Virus record (IMG/VR): IMGVR_UViG_3300048906_000028 | Coordinates: 1 to 54,183 of that record | Source of the DNA: a virus | DNA length: 54,183 bases | Direction: 5' to 3' (one strand) | Shown here: one piece after another, positions 43,388 to 52,744 of the stretch | How the letters are laid out: the number at the start of each line of letters is the position of its first letter | Position numbering within the stretch: the stretch's first letter is position 1 | Program-made: the position numbers and the translations under genes | Notes under the pieces: model-generated | Seen by the model: only the letters and a program-made list of their open reading frames with translations | Database searches by the model: none | What the model was told of the DNA's origin: nothing

Positions 43388-44947
43388 GTGAATCAAACAA
43401 GCTTGCAGCGTTTCATGGCTTTATTTCGTGGCAATCCGAGGTCTTTCGGGCAGTGGAACCCAAGGGAACCTGACCCCAACCGCTCCTCGGTTACGGAGAA
43501 GAGCGCATACACCACCCGGGAATTCGAGCGGCATCTTAAAGGCATCTTCGGCATCGGTATCGTCCCTATTCTGGATGATGCCTCGTGTTTATGGGGCGCA
43601 ATTGATATCGACAATCATGGCCAGTCGGAAGATTCCGACATTGCGGCCATCGAGCAGCGGGTGCTGGCGTTAAATTTGCCGCTGGTACCATGTCGATCGA
43701 AGTCGGGTGGCGTGCACCTGTTCTTGTTCGGCCGGGAACCCTTGCGTGCGGCACAGGTGCATTCAGTGTTGAAGAAGTGGGCGAAGGACTTGAAGGTCGA
43801 AGGTGTGGACTGCATCTTCCCCAAACAATCCAGGCTTGAATTCAATAATGAGGGCGGGCGCGCACTCGGCAACTGGATTAACCTTCCATACTTCGATGCT
43901 GAGAAAACCAAGCGTTACGCGGTCATCAACAATGAGCCGCAGCCGCTTGAATTGTTCTTGACCGAGGCCGAGTCCAAAGCAGTTACTGCGCACCAGTTGG
44001 ATCAGCTGTACAACAACGAACATTCGGAAGCGCCGCCATGCATCGCGGCGATGATCACCGATGGCGTAGATTCGGGATCGCGCAACGACGCCGCATATAA
44101 CGTCACAATTTATATGAAGAAGAAGTTCCCGGAGGACTACCGGGACCGGCTTTACGATATGAATGGCCAGATTTTCAAGGAACCACTGCCATTTAATGAA
44201 ATGAAAAAGGTAGTAATGTCGGCCTCGCGGCGTGACTACCGTTACCGCTGCAGCACTGAGCCTTGTAAATCGCTTTGTGACCGCAAAACCTGCCTCACCC
44301 GCAAATTCGGCATCACCCAGGACCAGTCCGACGAAATGGACATGGAATTCGAGGTACCGGCACTTACTGACCTGGTGAAGTACAACACTAATCCGGTGCG
44401 GTGGGAAATGACCTGCGAGGGCATCCGCATCGTCGTGTCGACCGAAGAATTGTTTGAGTGGCGCGTGCTGCGATTGAAATTGGCCGAGCGCCTGCTGCGC
44501 GTGCCGCCGATGATTAAGAATGATAAGTGGCAGAAAATCCTTAAAACGATGATGGCCACGTGCCGTATTGAAGAAGCGCCAGAAGATGCATCCGTGGATG
44601 GTATCATCAAGGGCCAGCTTATTGACTTCCTGCGCAAGTGCGACCTCAACTCGCCCGGTACCGACACGGCCGAGCGCAAGGCTCTGTACCGTGGCATCCC
44701 GGTGGTACAGGTGGACGACACCGACACGCGGCATGTATATTTCCGTGGCGCGGACTTCGTGCAGCACCTCAAGCGAAACAAGACCGAAGAAATGAAGGGC
44801 GTCAATTTGTGGTTCGTGCTTAAGCAGTTGGGCGTCAACCACGGCCGCTTCCGCGTAGAAGACAAAACCCCTTCTGTGTGGTCGGTTGAGCTTACCGATG
44901 AACACCAACTTAAAATGTCAGTCCCCGACTTCACCCCGGAAATCTAA
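43388..44947 (+). CDS. Primase-polymerase (Prim-Pol) with a PriCT-like C-terminal region
   Basis: WGAIDIDNHG and SKSGGVHLFLF match the AEP catalytic motifs. GSRNDAAYNVTIY matches PriCT. GTG start lies after GGAGG. Confidence 0.75.
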   Translation: MNQTSLQRFMALFRGNPRSFGQWNPREPDPNRSSVTEKSAYTTREFERHLKGIFGIGIVPILDDASCLWGAIDIDNHGQSEDSDIAAIEQRVLALNLPLVPCRSKSGGVHLFLFGREPLRAAQVHSVLKKWAKDLKVEGVDCIFPKQSRLEFNNEGGRALGNWINLPYFDAEKTKRYAVINNEPQPLELFLTEAESKAVTAHQLDQLYNNEHSEAPPCIAAMITDGVDSGSRNDAAYNVTIYMKKKFPEDYRDRLYDMNGQIFKEPLPFNEMKKVVMSASRRDYRYRCSTEPCKSLCDRKTCLTRKFGITQDQSDEMDMEFEVPALTDLVKYNTNPVRWEMTCEGIRIVVSTEELFEWRVLRLKLAERLLRVPPMIKNDKWQKILKTMMATCRIEEAPEDASVDGIIKGQLIDFLRKCDLNSPGTDTAERKALYRGIPVVQVDDTDTRHVYFRGADFVQHLKRNKTEEMKGVNLWFVLKQLGVNHGRFRVEDKTPSVWSVELTDEHQLKMSVPDFTPEI

Positions 44948-44950
44948 ACC

Positions 44951-46732
44951 ATGTCCCACACCACCATTGACTACGACCCAACCAAAGGCATGTTCTCGAT
45001 CAGCACACCACCCTGGAACACCAACAAGGTCCGCGACATCCCAAGCCGCCGATTCTGTAACCGAACCAAGACCTGGAAAGCACCCGCCACCCGCGTCAAC
45101 GCCCAATACATTGAAATGACCTTCCGCGATGCTGATTGGTCCCGCCTGGCGCTGGCCAAGCTGGCCGAGACTCGCGACTCAGTGGGCAAGATGGTAGCAC
45201 CCGCTCTACCGCTGCCGATTGGGTACAAGTTCAAGACGGAGCCTATGCGCACGCAGAAAACCGCCCTGGAACGCGCCTTCGGCCGTAAGGCCTTCGCCTA
45301 CTTCAAGGACATGGGCACCGGCAAGTCCAAGACTTTCATCGACCTGGCCTGCATGTCCAGGATGCACCCGCTGATTGAAACTGTCATTATGGTGTGCCCG
45401 GTGGCGCTGCGCAAGAACTGGATTCGGGAACTGGCCCTTCATTGCCCGCTGCCGTATGACATCTACATCATGAATTCGGACAAGCCGAAAGAGTTCGAAG
45501 AATGGCTCAATAAGAAGCACGACTTCAAGTGGCTGATCGTCGGTGTTGAGTCCTTGGGCATTTCGGCACGGCCTTACGAAATGATGCTGGAGTTCTTGCG
45601 CCGATTCCCGAAGACCATCATGGGCGTCGACGAGGCTACCAAGATCAAGAACCACAAAGCTCTACGCTCTCAGCGAATGCAGGCGGCCGCCCGCCACGCG
45701 GCTATCCGGATCGTCATGACCGGCACTCCTATCGCCAAGGGCGTGATGGACCTGTATGGTTATTTCGAATTTCTAGACCCGGATATCTTGGGCGTTGGTG
45801 ATTTTTATTCATTCCGCAACCGCTATGCTGAAATGGGCGGCTACGAGAACAAGGAGATCGTGGGCTACAAGAACATGGACGAGTTGATGGAAATCACCGC
45901 ACCGTTCATTTACCAGGTGCGCAAGGAAGAGGCGCTGCCGGACTTGCCGCCGAAGGTCTACACGATGCGCTACGTGGCGCTGTCGGCCGAGCAGACCAAG
46001 CACTACAAGACGATGGCCCGGGACCAGATCGTGCGAGCCACGGACGGCCGCGAGAAGCGCGTAGCCAACACCCTGGAGAAGGCGCTGCGCCTGCGCCAGA
46101 TCACATCCAACTTCCTGGCACTGGAAGACATCGACGAGGACGTTATTACCGGCAAGCGCTACATCCGCACCGAGCCTATCTGCAAGGTGTCTCCCAAGGT
46201 GGCTGATTTGATGGACTTCCTAGAGGAATTCGACAAGCCCATGATCATTTGGTGCGCATTCCGGGCCGAGCTTGACGAGGTCACCCGATCCCTGCGCGCG
46301 AAGTTTGGCGATGACCAGGTGGTGGAGTTGCATGGCGGTGTGGAAGAGAGCCAGCGCGACCTGAATGTCAACGTTCTGTTCCAGGGCGGCCAGGCCCGCT
46401 TCGTGGTGGCGATGGCTGCAGTTGGTGCGATGGGCCTCACCATGACCCGCGCCGAATGCGAGTTCTACATGTCCAACACCCACTCATTCATCGACCGCGA
46501 GCAATCCGAAGACCGCGCCCACCGCAAAGGGCAGAAGAATTCGGTGCTGTACGTCGACCAAATCGCACAAATTGAAGTAGGTAAGGGCGTGATGATGGAC
46601 ACGATTGATATGCACGTGTACAACTCCAACATGCAAAAGAAAGACCTGTCCGAGTACATCCGCGACGAAATTGAGCGGTTGGAGCGTGAAGGGCATAAGG
46701 ATTTGGCCGCGCTTTTCGGTCTCGTTGGTTGA
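44951..46732 (+). CDS. SNF2-family helicase
   Basis: DMGTGKSKT (motif I), VDEATKIKN (motif II) and QSEDRAHRKGQ (motif VI). Confidence 0.85.
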   Translation: MSHTTIDYDPTKGMFSISTPPWNTNKVRDIPSRRFCNRTKTWKAPATRVNAQYIEMTFRDADWSRLALAKLAETRDSVGKMVAPALPLPIGYKFKTEPMRTQKTALERAFGRKAFAYFKDMGTGKSKTFIDLACMSRMHPLIETVIMVCPVALRKNWIRELALHCPLPYDIYIMNSDKPKEFEEWLNKKHDFKWLIVGVESLGISARPYEMMLEFLRRFPKTIMGVDEATKIKNHKALRSQRMQAAARHAAIRIVMTGTPIAKGVMDLYGYFEFLDPDILGVGDFYSFRNRYAEMGGYENKEIVGYKNMDELMEITAPFIYQVRKEEALPDLPPKVYTMRYVALSAEQTKHYKTMARDQIVRATDGREKRVANTLEKALRLRQITSNFLALEDIDEDVITGKRYIRTEPICKVSPKVADLMDFLEEFDKPMIIWCAFRAELDEVTRSLRAKFGDDQVVELHGGVEESQRDLNVNVLFQGGQARFVVAMAAVGAMGLTMTRAECEFYMSNTHSFIDREQSEDRAHRKGQKNSVLYVDQIAQIEVGKGVMMDTIDMHVYNSNMQKKDLSEYIRDEIERLEREGHKDLAALFGLVG

Positions 46733-46739
46733 CGGAAAT

Positions 46740-46766
46740 GACCCCGCCTGGTATAATGGCGGGGTC
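46740..46766 (+). promoter_or_regulatory. TGGTATAAT flanked by a perfect 9-bp inverted repeat
   Basis: GACCCCGCC-TGGTATAAT-GGCGGGGTC. The -10 (46752-46757) sits in the loop. Confidence 0.5.
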
Positions 46767-46798
46767 GTATGAACAACACCGAATAGAGGATAACTAAG

Positions 46799-47125
46799 AT
46801 GTCGAAAGTTTTCGTTACGCAAGAGGTTTGCAACCCTCGCCAGAACATCGATTATGCGCCCGCCCGCAAGTTTGGCGAGGTCAACTTTTTGACCATCATG
46901 GATTTTTCGTCCGAGGACAACTCGCTGTCGAATCAGGTCCTGGTGGAAGAACTGCGCGCAAAGCTGCTCGACTTCGTACCAACCGAGGATTACATCGTCA
47001 TCACTGGCTCCCCCATCGTGGCGGCCGTGGTGTTCATGATCCTGCGTGAAAGAACTGCCAGCGTGAATTTCCTGCGCTGGTCCAACCGCGATCACTGCTA
47101 CCAACCAGTGACCATCAAGCTGTAA
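46799..47125 (+). CDS. Hypothetical protein (108 aa)
   Basis: ORF after the GAATAGAGGATAAC leader. Confidence 0.65.
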   Translation: MSKVFVTQEVCNPRQNIDYAPARKFGEVNFLTIMDFSSEDNSLSNQVLVEELRAKLLDFVPTEDYIVITGSPIVAAVVFMILRERTASVNFLRWSNRDHCYQPVTIKL

Positions 47126-47146
47126 TTTATCAATAGAGGATAGAGC

Positions 47147-47581
47147 ATGACCGAAGAATTTCAAAACGCGTACTCCAAGTACGATTCGATGACCGCCGTG
47201 GAACTGGTTCGCGCCATGGCCGAAGTGCGCGCCGTTAAAGATGCGCACGAAGAAGCTGGCAAGAAGATTACCGCGGAATTCGATTTCCTGCGCAACATCA
47301 AGATTCCGCAGGTCTTCGAAGACCAGGGCCTGCAGATTGTCAAGGTCGAAGGCGTCGGCCGCTGCAATCTGACCGGCGACCTCCAGGTCACCATCCCCGC
47401 CGCCAACAAGGACGAGGCTTACACCTGGCTGCGCGACACCGGTCGTGGCGACCTGATCACCGAAACCATCAACTCTTCCACCCTCAAGGCGATGACGAAA
47501 GCCCTGATGCAGGCTGGAGAAGAAGTGCCCGAGTGCTTCCGCGTCCACACCTTCACCCGCGCCTCCATCACGAAGGGCTGA
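47147..47581 (+). CDS. Hypothetical protein (144 aa)
   Basis: ORF after the CAATAGAGGATAGAG leader. Confidence 0.65.
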   Translation: MTEEFQNAYSKYDSMTAVELVRAMAEVRAVKDAHEEAGKKITAEFDFLRNIKIPQVFEDQGLQIVKVEGVGRCNLTGDLQVTIPAANKDEAYTWLRDTGRGDLITETINSSTLKAMTKALMQAGEEVPECFRVHTFTRASITKG

Positions 47582-47732
47582 CCCGAGCAGCGTGTAGAGT
47601 CTCCTCACAGCGTGAGTTCCGCCCATACTGGAGCGCTCCGGTCAAGCGGCGCAAGCAATAGCGCACAATGCAGACTTGGCCAGCCGGAAAAGTAGCGGCA
47701 CCCCCTAAAACTTAAATCGAAAGCAAGTAACC

Positions 47733-48557
47733 ATGGCAACGAAACCAGCAGCAAAAACCGCAGTGAAGAAAAACGAAGTCGCCAACGAACTGGTCGACGC
47801 GGCCCCCGGTGGCGCTCTCCAGACCATCGGCGATCCAAGCCTGCCAGCGTTCTTGCAGGGCAAGAGCGGCCCCGCCCGTGGCGCAGAAAACGTATCCATG
47901 GATGATCTGGTCATCCCGCGCCTGGAATTGGTGCAGGCCCTGTCGCCCTGCCTCAAGGAAAAGGACCCTGGTTACATCGACGGCGCGAAGCCCGGCATGC
48001 TGTTCAACAACGTAACCCGCGAACTGTACGGCAATTCGGTCATTGTGATCCCGGTGTACTTCAAGAAAGAGTATATCGTGTGGAAGGACCGCAAGAAGGG
48101 CGGCGGCTTCGTGGGCGCGTTCTCGTCGCCGGATGAAGCCGAACAAGTCCTGGCCGCGCAGGAGGTACCAGACGACCACCGCGTCAACGATACCGCCAAT
48201 CATTTCTGCCTGCTGCGCAACCCCGCCACCGGCAAGCTGGAAGAAATCGTCGTGTCGATGGCTGTCACCAAGCTCAAGGTGTCGCGCCAGTGGAATTCAC
48301 TGATCCGCATTAACGGCGGTGATTCCTTCACCCGCGCCTACATGCTGTCCGGCGTCGAAGACAAGAACAAAGCTGGTGAAGAATACAACAACTTCGCCGT
48401 GAAGAACGTTCCTGGCTTCGTGGCCGAAATCGAGTACCGTCAGGCGGAAGCTCTGTACGATACCGTGAAGCAGGGCCTGGTGGTCATCAACCGTGATGAA
48501 GAAGGCGACGATGTTGGCGGCCCTGGCCCCGGCACGGGCGGCAACCCCGAGTATTAA
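47733..48557 (+). CDS. Possible ssDNA-binding/annealing protein (274 aa)
   Basis: It lies in the replication module and has an acidic C-terminal tail ending in an aromatic residue (DEEGDDVGG...NPEY). The function is inferred only. Confidence 0.5.
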   Translation: MATKPAAKTAVKKNEVANELVDAAPGGALQTIGDPSLPAFLQGKSGPARGAENVSMDDLVIPRLELVQALSPCLKEKDPGYIDGAKPGMLFNNVTRELYGNSVIVIPVYFKKEYIVWKDRKKGGGFVGAFSSPDEAEQVLAAQEVPDDHRVNDTANHFCLLRNPATGKLEEIVVSMAVTKLKVSRQWNSLIRINGGDSFTRAYMLSGVEDKNKAGEEYNNFAVKNVPGFVAEIEYRQAEALYDTVKQGLVVINRDEEGDDVGGPGPGTGGNPEY

Positions 48558-48574
48558 TCAGCACTAGCAGTCGG

Positions 48575-48596
48575 CGGGGGCTTCGGCCCCCGTTTT
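48575..48596 (+). terminator. Intrinsic terminator
   Basis: CGGGGGC-TTCG-GCCCCCG followed by TTTT. Confidence 0.7.
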
Positions 48597-48618
48597 CACA
48601 TAGAGAATAAGGAGCAGT

Positions 48619-48750
48619 ATGAGCAAGTACCAATTCAGTATCCTGATGACTGCGATTTGGATATCGCCCCTCGGCCCAAGTTGGGTTAACATCGTCGGCG
48701 GTTTGCTTTATGTCATGATCAGCTTCATCAACTACCGGAACAGCAAGTGA
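48619..48750 (+). CDS. Small hydrophobic peptide (43 aa)
   Basis: ATG follows the ATAGAGAATAAGGAG leader. The stop overlaps the helicase GTG (GTGA). Two hydrophobic segments. Confidence 0.45.
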   Translation: MSKYQFSILMTAIWISPLGPSWVNIVGGLLYVMISFINYRNSK

Positions 48751-50171
48751 AGCAAGCGTACGCTATCTACGGGCCGCCTGGGTGCGGTAAGACCACCAAA
48801 ATCATCCAGATGATCGGAGATTTCGTGGAATTTGGCTACGATATGAACGACATTGCACTGATGTCCCACACCCGCGCCGCCGCCAAAGAGGCGCTGGAGC
48901 GCACTGACCTGGAGCGCTCCGATAAGTTCTCCACGATCCACTCACAAGCCTACCGCATGCTCAATCTGTCGTCCAATCAGTTGGTCGACAATAAACGGCT
49001 GCTTGAATTCTCAAACGTAATCGGCGTGCCCATTAAAAATGGTTCCGTGGACTCGGAAGAGGGTATCGAAGTAGGCGACGAATTCCTCGGTATTCTGAAC
49101 AAGGCCCGTAATCGCCTGGTCGACCCGATGGAAGAATACTACGATTCCGATCGGCCGGGATCGCTGCCGCAGTTCGAAATGTTCATCAAGGGTTACCACG
49201 ACTGGAAACGCGCCAACGGATTCATCGACTTCACTGACATGCTGGAGCGCTTCGTATCCCGCGCCGATTTGATGGACTTCCGCGCCAAGGTCGTTTTCAT
49301 CGACGAGGCGCAAGACCTGTCGGCCCTGCAGTGGCGGGCCATTCGTGTTCTCACTAAGCACGCCGAGCGGGTAGTGGTAGCAGGCGACGACGACCAAGCC
49401 ATTTACGTGTGGGGTGGCGCTGACCCCACCGGCATGGTGCAATTTGAAGAAGAATACAACTCCAAGCGCAAGGTGCTGGAGCAGTCTTACCGAATCCCGT
49501 CCTCGGTGCACGCCGTGGCCAGGGGCATCATCGATCAAGTGTCCTCCCGTGTCGAAAAGGTGTACCATCCTCGCGATGAAGTGGGTAGTGTGACGCGCTA
49601 CGGGTACCTCCACGCGATCGACTTCAAGCACGGCGAAGACACGCTGGCGCTGTGCCGCACTGGCGCGCAGAAGAAAGAGGTCGAGAAGCATTTCATCGAC
49701 CTGGGTATCCCGTACTTGACCGATAACGGCAAGCCGGGCCTGTACCAGACCAAGACGGCCCGAGCCATCCGCGCCCTCAACAAAGCGGCTCGTGGCGAAA
49801 GCATGACCCCGGCCGAGCACGATGTCCTGACCCAAACCGCGCTGCCAAAATTCCGCGACCAGTTCAAGAACCGTAACTACAAGGATGGTATCAAAGCCGG
49901 TCACATGCGGGCGCTGCAGATTCCAGTGTGGGCGTACGACTTCTACCGCGAGGCCAACATGGACGTATCGCCCACCATCCGTCTGTCCTCCATTCACGGT
50001 TCCAAGGGCCGCGAAGCCGACCGCGTGATACTGCATACCGGAATGACTGACCGCACCGCCATGGGTTTTGAAAAGGACCCCGATTCCGAGCATCGCGTGT
50101 TCTATGTCGGGGCCACCCGCGCCCGCCATCGCCTGGACATCCTCGACGGCAACAACGGGTACCCATTGTGA
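48747..50171 (+). CDS. SF1 (UvrD/Rep-like) DNA helicase
   Basis: YGPPGCGKTT, FIDEAQD, VVAGDDDQAIY, QSYR, IHGSKGREAD and YVGATRAR. Confidence 0.8.
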   Translation: MKQAYAIYGPPGCGKTTKIIQMIGDFVEFGYDMNDIALMSHTRAAAKEALERTDLERSDKFSTIHSQAYRMLNLSSNQLVDNKRLLEFSNVIGVPIKNGSVDSEEGIEVGDEFLGILNKARNRLVDPMEEYYDSDRPGSLPQFEMFIKGYHDWKRANGFIDFTDMLERFVSRADLMDFRAKVVFIDEAQDLSALQWRAIRVLTKHAERVVVAGDDDQAIYVWGGADPTGMVQFEEEYNSKRKVLEQSYRIPSSVHAVARGIIDQVSSRVEKVYHPRDEVGSVTRYGYLHAIDFKHGEDTLALCRTGAQKKEVEKHFIDLGIPYLTDNGKPGLYQTKTARAIRALNKAARGESMTPAEHDVLTQTALPKFRDQFKNRNYKDGIKAGHMRALQIPVWAYDFYREANMDVSPTIRLSSIHGSKGREADRVILHTGMTDRTAMGFEKDPDSEHRVFYVGATRARHRLDILDGNNGYPL

Positions 50172-50299
50172 TTGCGCTGGCGCTGGTCATCTACTTATTC
50201 ATTTACGCTATTTTAAGAAAGCCAAGGCCTCCTATGCTATTCATAATAAGCTTCCTCCTGGTTGTAGTGGTCATGCTGGCCCTGGAGCGCCACCAATGA
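50168..50299 (+). CDS. Small two-span hydrophobic peptide (43 aa)
   Basis: GTGA overlap with the helicase stop and ATGA overlap with the polymerase start. Sequence VIALALVIYLFIYAILRKPRPPMLFIISFLLVVVVMLALERHQ. AT-rich codons. Confidence 0.4.
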   Translation: MIALALVIYLFIYAILRKPRPPMLFIISFLLVVVVMLALERHQ

Positions 50300-52146
50300 G
50301 CTTCCCTAAATTCGCACATTTCCCGCACTTTGCGATGGACTTCGAGACCACCGGGTTGGATTGGTGGTCATCAAAGATTTTCGGCGTAGCCCTATCCACC
50401 CCGGATGATAAGGACTACTATTTCGACACCCGTTCAGACTCCGGTGTGATTGAATGGCTGAAAGCTGAAATGCCCAAGGTGCGCGGATTGTGGGTAAACC
50501 ACAACATCAAATTCGATGCACTGTTCGCACTGGCGGCCGGGGTCAATGTCGACCTCAACATGATCGATTGCACGATGATCCGCGCCGCGCTGATTGATGA
50601 ACACCGCCTCACCTACGACCTGGACTCACTCGGCAAGTCCTGCATCGGCGTCGGCAAGGATGATTCCATCTATGGCATTCTGGCGGGCTTGTTCGGTGGC
50701 GCAGCCACCAAGAATGCACAGATGCCGAACCTGCACCGGGCACCGAAAGCGATAGCGGGTAAGTACGCAAAGCAAGATACTCGAACGGCATTGAAGTTAT
50801 GGCAGTGGCAGGAGCGCGAGATTGAAGAGCAAAGCTTGCGCCGAGTAGCTGAGCTTGAGCGGCAGTTGATCCCGGTAATCGTGCGCATCGAGCGCGGCGG
50901 CGTGCGCGTGGACCTGGAGGCGTCCGAGAAGGCCGCCAAAGCCATCGATAAGATGGTCGGGGCCACGCAGAAGGAACTGAACACCATCGCAGGTTTCGAG
51001 GTCAACCCGAACCCATCCAGTTCTATCCATAAGTTGTTCGACCCCAAGAAAAACGCAGAGGGTTTATGGGTTCTGAATGACGGCACGATTGCCGAGGCTA
51101 CCGAAGCGGGCAAGGCCTCAATCTCGGCCGACTGCCTGCGCTCGATGAAGCATCCAGCCGCCCCGTTGATTTTGAAACTGCGGAAAGCCATCAAGACCCG
51201 CGACACTTTCATCCGTGGCCATATCCTATCCTACCACAACAACGGCATGATTCACGCCAACTACAATCAGGCAAAATCGGAGAATGACCGTGGAACCGGT
51301 ACCGGCCGCCTGTCAGTGAATTCACCAGCACTGCAGCAGATTCCGGCCAGGGATAAGGATATCGCGGAGGTTGTGCGTGCGCTGTTCATGCCTGATGAAG
51401 GCCAGGATTGGGGCTGTTGGGATTGGGCGCAGATGGACTTCCGGATGATGGCCCACTACGTCAACAACCCGGTGATCAACAAGGCATATGCAGACGACCC
51501 GGCCGTGGACTTCCACAAGCTGGCTGCCAACCTTACCGGCCTGCCACGCTCGCCGCGATTCGCGGGGGATGCCAATGCCAAGCAAATTAACCTGGGATTG
51601 GTGTTCGGAATGGGTATGGGGACGCTGGCTTGGGAAATGGGTTTGCCGTTCACCATTGAGAAGTACCGGTCTCGCGGCGTCGACAAGGTGTGGAAGAAGC
51701 CTGGCCCCGAGGCCGAGGCGGTTTTCGAAAACTACCACTCCAACATCCCCGGCATACAGTCAATGCTGTCGAAAGCATCAGCGCTAGCCAAGGATCGGGG
51801 CTACGTGCTGACCATCATGGGGCGGCGCATCCGGTTCCCTGGCGGCCGTGCCACCCACAAGGCTGGCGGCCTGATTTTCCAGGGTTCGGCGGCCGATGCC
51901 CTTAAACAAAAGTTGATTGAGGTGGACCGCGAGGTGCGCGGAACCGATGCACGAATCCTGATGAACGTGCACGATGAATTCGATTTGTCGGTACCCCCTA
52001 CCATCAACGGTAACCGGCCGCCGATTCTCGATCGAATCTCCGAAATCATCACAACCTTTGATGGTGTCAGTACTCCCATTAAATTCCGCGTCCCGATCCG
52101 CTGTGATCAACAGACCGGCCCCAACTGGTGGATAGCCTCGAAATGA
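50296..52146 (+). CDS. Family-A DNA polymerase with a 3'-5' exonuclease domain; DpoZ candidate
   Basis: DFETTGL, NHNIKFD and YAKQDT (Exo I-III). DWAQMDFRMMAH (motif A), AKQINLGLVFGMG (motif B) and NVHDE (motif C). ATG 50296 was chosen over the 5' extension. Confidence 0.85.
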   Translation: MSFPKFAHFPHFAMDFETTGLDWWSSKIFGVALSTPDDKDYYFDTRSDSGVIEWLKAEMPKVRGLWVNHNIKFDALFALAAGVNVDLNMIDCTMIRAALIDEHRLTYDLDSLGKSCIGVGKDDSIYGILAGLFGGAATKNAQMPNLHRAPKAIAGKYAKQDTRTALKLWQWQEREIEEQSLRRVAELERQLIPVIVRIERGGVRVDLEASEKAAKAIDKMVGATQKELNTIAGFEVNPNPSSSIHKLFDPKKNAEGLWVLNDGTIAEATEAGKASISADCLRSMKHPAAPLILKLRKAIKTRDTFIRGHILSYHNNGMIHANYNQAKSENDRGTGTGRLSVNSPALQQIPARDKDIAEVVRALFMPDEGQDWGCWDWAQMDFRMMAHYVNNPVINKAYADDPAVDFHKLAANLTGLPRSPRFAGDANAKQINLGLVFGMGMGTLAWEMGLPFTIEKYRSRGVDKVWKKPGPEAEAVFENYHSNIPGIQSMLSKASALAKDRGYVLTIMGRRIRFPGGRATHKAGGLIFQGSAADALKQKLIEVDREVRGTDARILMNVHDEFDLSVPPTINGNRPPILDRISEIITTFDGVSTPIKFRVPIRCDQQTGPNWWIASK

Positions 52147-52403
52147 TACCTAAACGAATTCAAAACGCCACCCGGGTCCTGGGCGCTCCGGCCGACTGGA
52201 AGGATGAAGGCGGCCCCTGCGCGGGCATCCCAGTGGCCGATGTGTCAACCCCCGAAGGCCCCTTCATGGTGTCAGCATGGGAAATGACCCCGGCCGAGGT
52301 CCAGGCCGTAATCAACGGGGCTAGTGTCCGCTTGTGGATTCGCGGCATTTCCCATCCGGTGGTTGTCCTGGACGTATCACCGGTCGACAACTCTGCTACT
52401 TGA
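52143..52403 (+). CDS. Hypothetical protein (86 aa)
   Basis: ATG 52143 overlaps the polymerase stop (ATGA). Confidence 0.6.
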   Translation: MIPKRIQNATRVLGAPADWKDEGGPCAGIPVADVSTPEGPFMVSAWEMTPAEVQAVINGASVRLWIRGISHPVVVLDVSPVDNSAT

Positions 52404-52419
52404 GGCACCACAACGCCCG

Positions 52420-52448
52420 TTGACCGGTGGAAACCGGTATGGTATCAT
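52420..52448 (+). promoter_or_regulatory. Class II promoter, TTGACC-N17-TATCAT with a TGG extension
   Basis: TTGACCGGTGGAAACCGGTATGGTATCAT is a near-copy of 43330..43359. Confidence 0.6.
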
Positions 52449-52488
52449 AACGGGGGTCGATCCAGACCCCGATAGCGAAGAGAGAGAA

Positions 52489-52740
52489 ATGAATACTAAA
52501 GCTAATGAAATGAGCGTCGTCACCGGCCGGTCTCGCGAGCCGATCATGGGCTACAAAGCCACCCCGTTAAAGCGGGTTGTGGCCAACGTCATCCTGGCCC
52601 TCGGTGACATGTACGGCGGTCGTGCCCTGCGCCACCTGCCGGTGCACATCATGAATCCAGTTACCAAAAGCACCATCCGCACCGAAGGCCTGGTAAAGGC
52701 CGAAGGGTATAATAAAGTTTTCACCAAAATCAAGGAATAA
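52489..52740 (+). CDS. Hypothetical protein (83 aa)
   Basis: Internal ATG after the GATAGCGAAGAGAGAG leader. Confidence 0.6.
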   Translation: MNTKANEMSVVTGRSREPIMGYKATPLKRVVANVILALGDMYGGRALRHLPVHIMNPVTKSTIRTEGLVKAEGYNKVFTKIKE

Positions 52741-52744
52741 TGTA

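Noticed and set aside
47582-47732. The 150-bp gap before gene 47733, containing the palindrome GGAGCGCTCC, as a regulatory element.
   Set aside because: It is a single short palindrome with no second copy or promoter-like boxes that I could recognise. The evidence is insufficient.
50068-50295. 5' extensions of track ORFs: 50068 for the polymerase, 16212 for the portal, 25117, 26653, 3828, 2442, 5566, 6003, 7635, 8040, 10739, 52324 and 9401.
   Set aside because: The extensions overlap the preceding gene in another frame and have atypical composition. Internal starts sit at stop-start overlaps or just after a ribosome-binding site or leader box.
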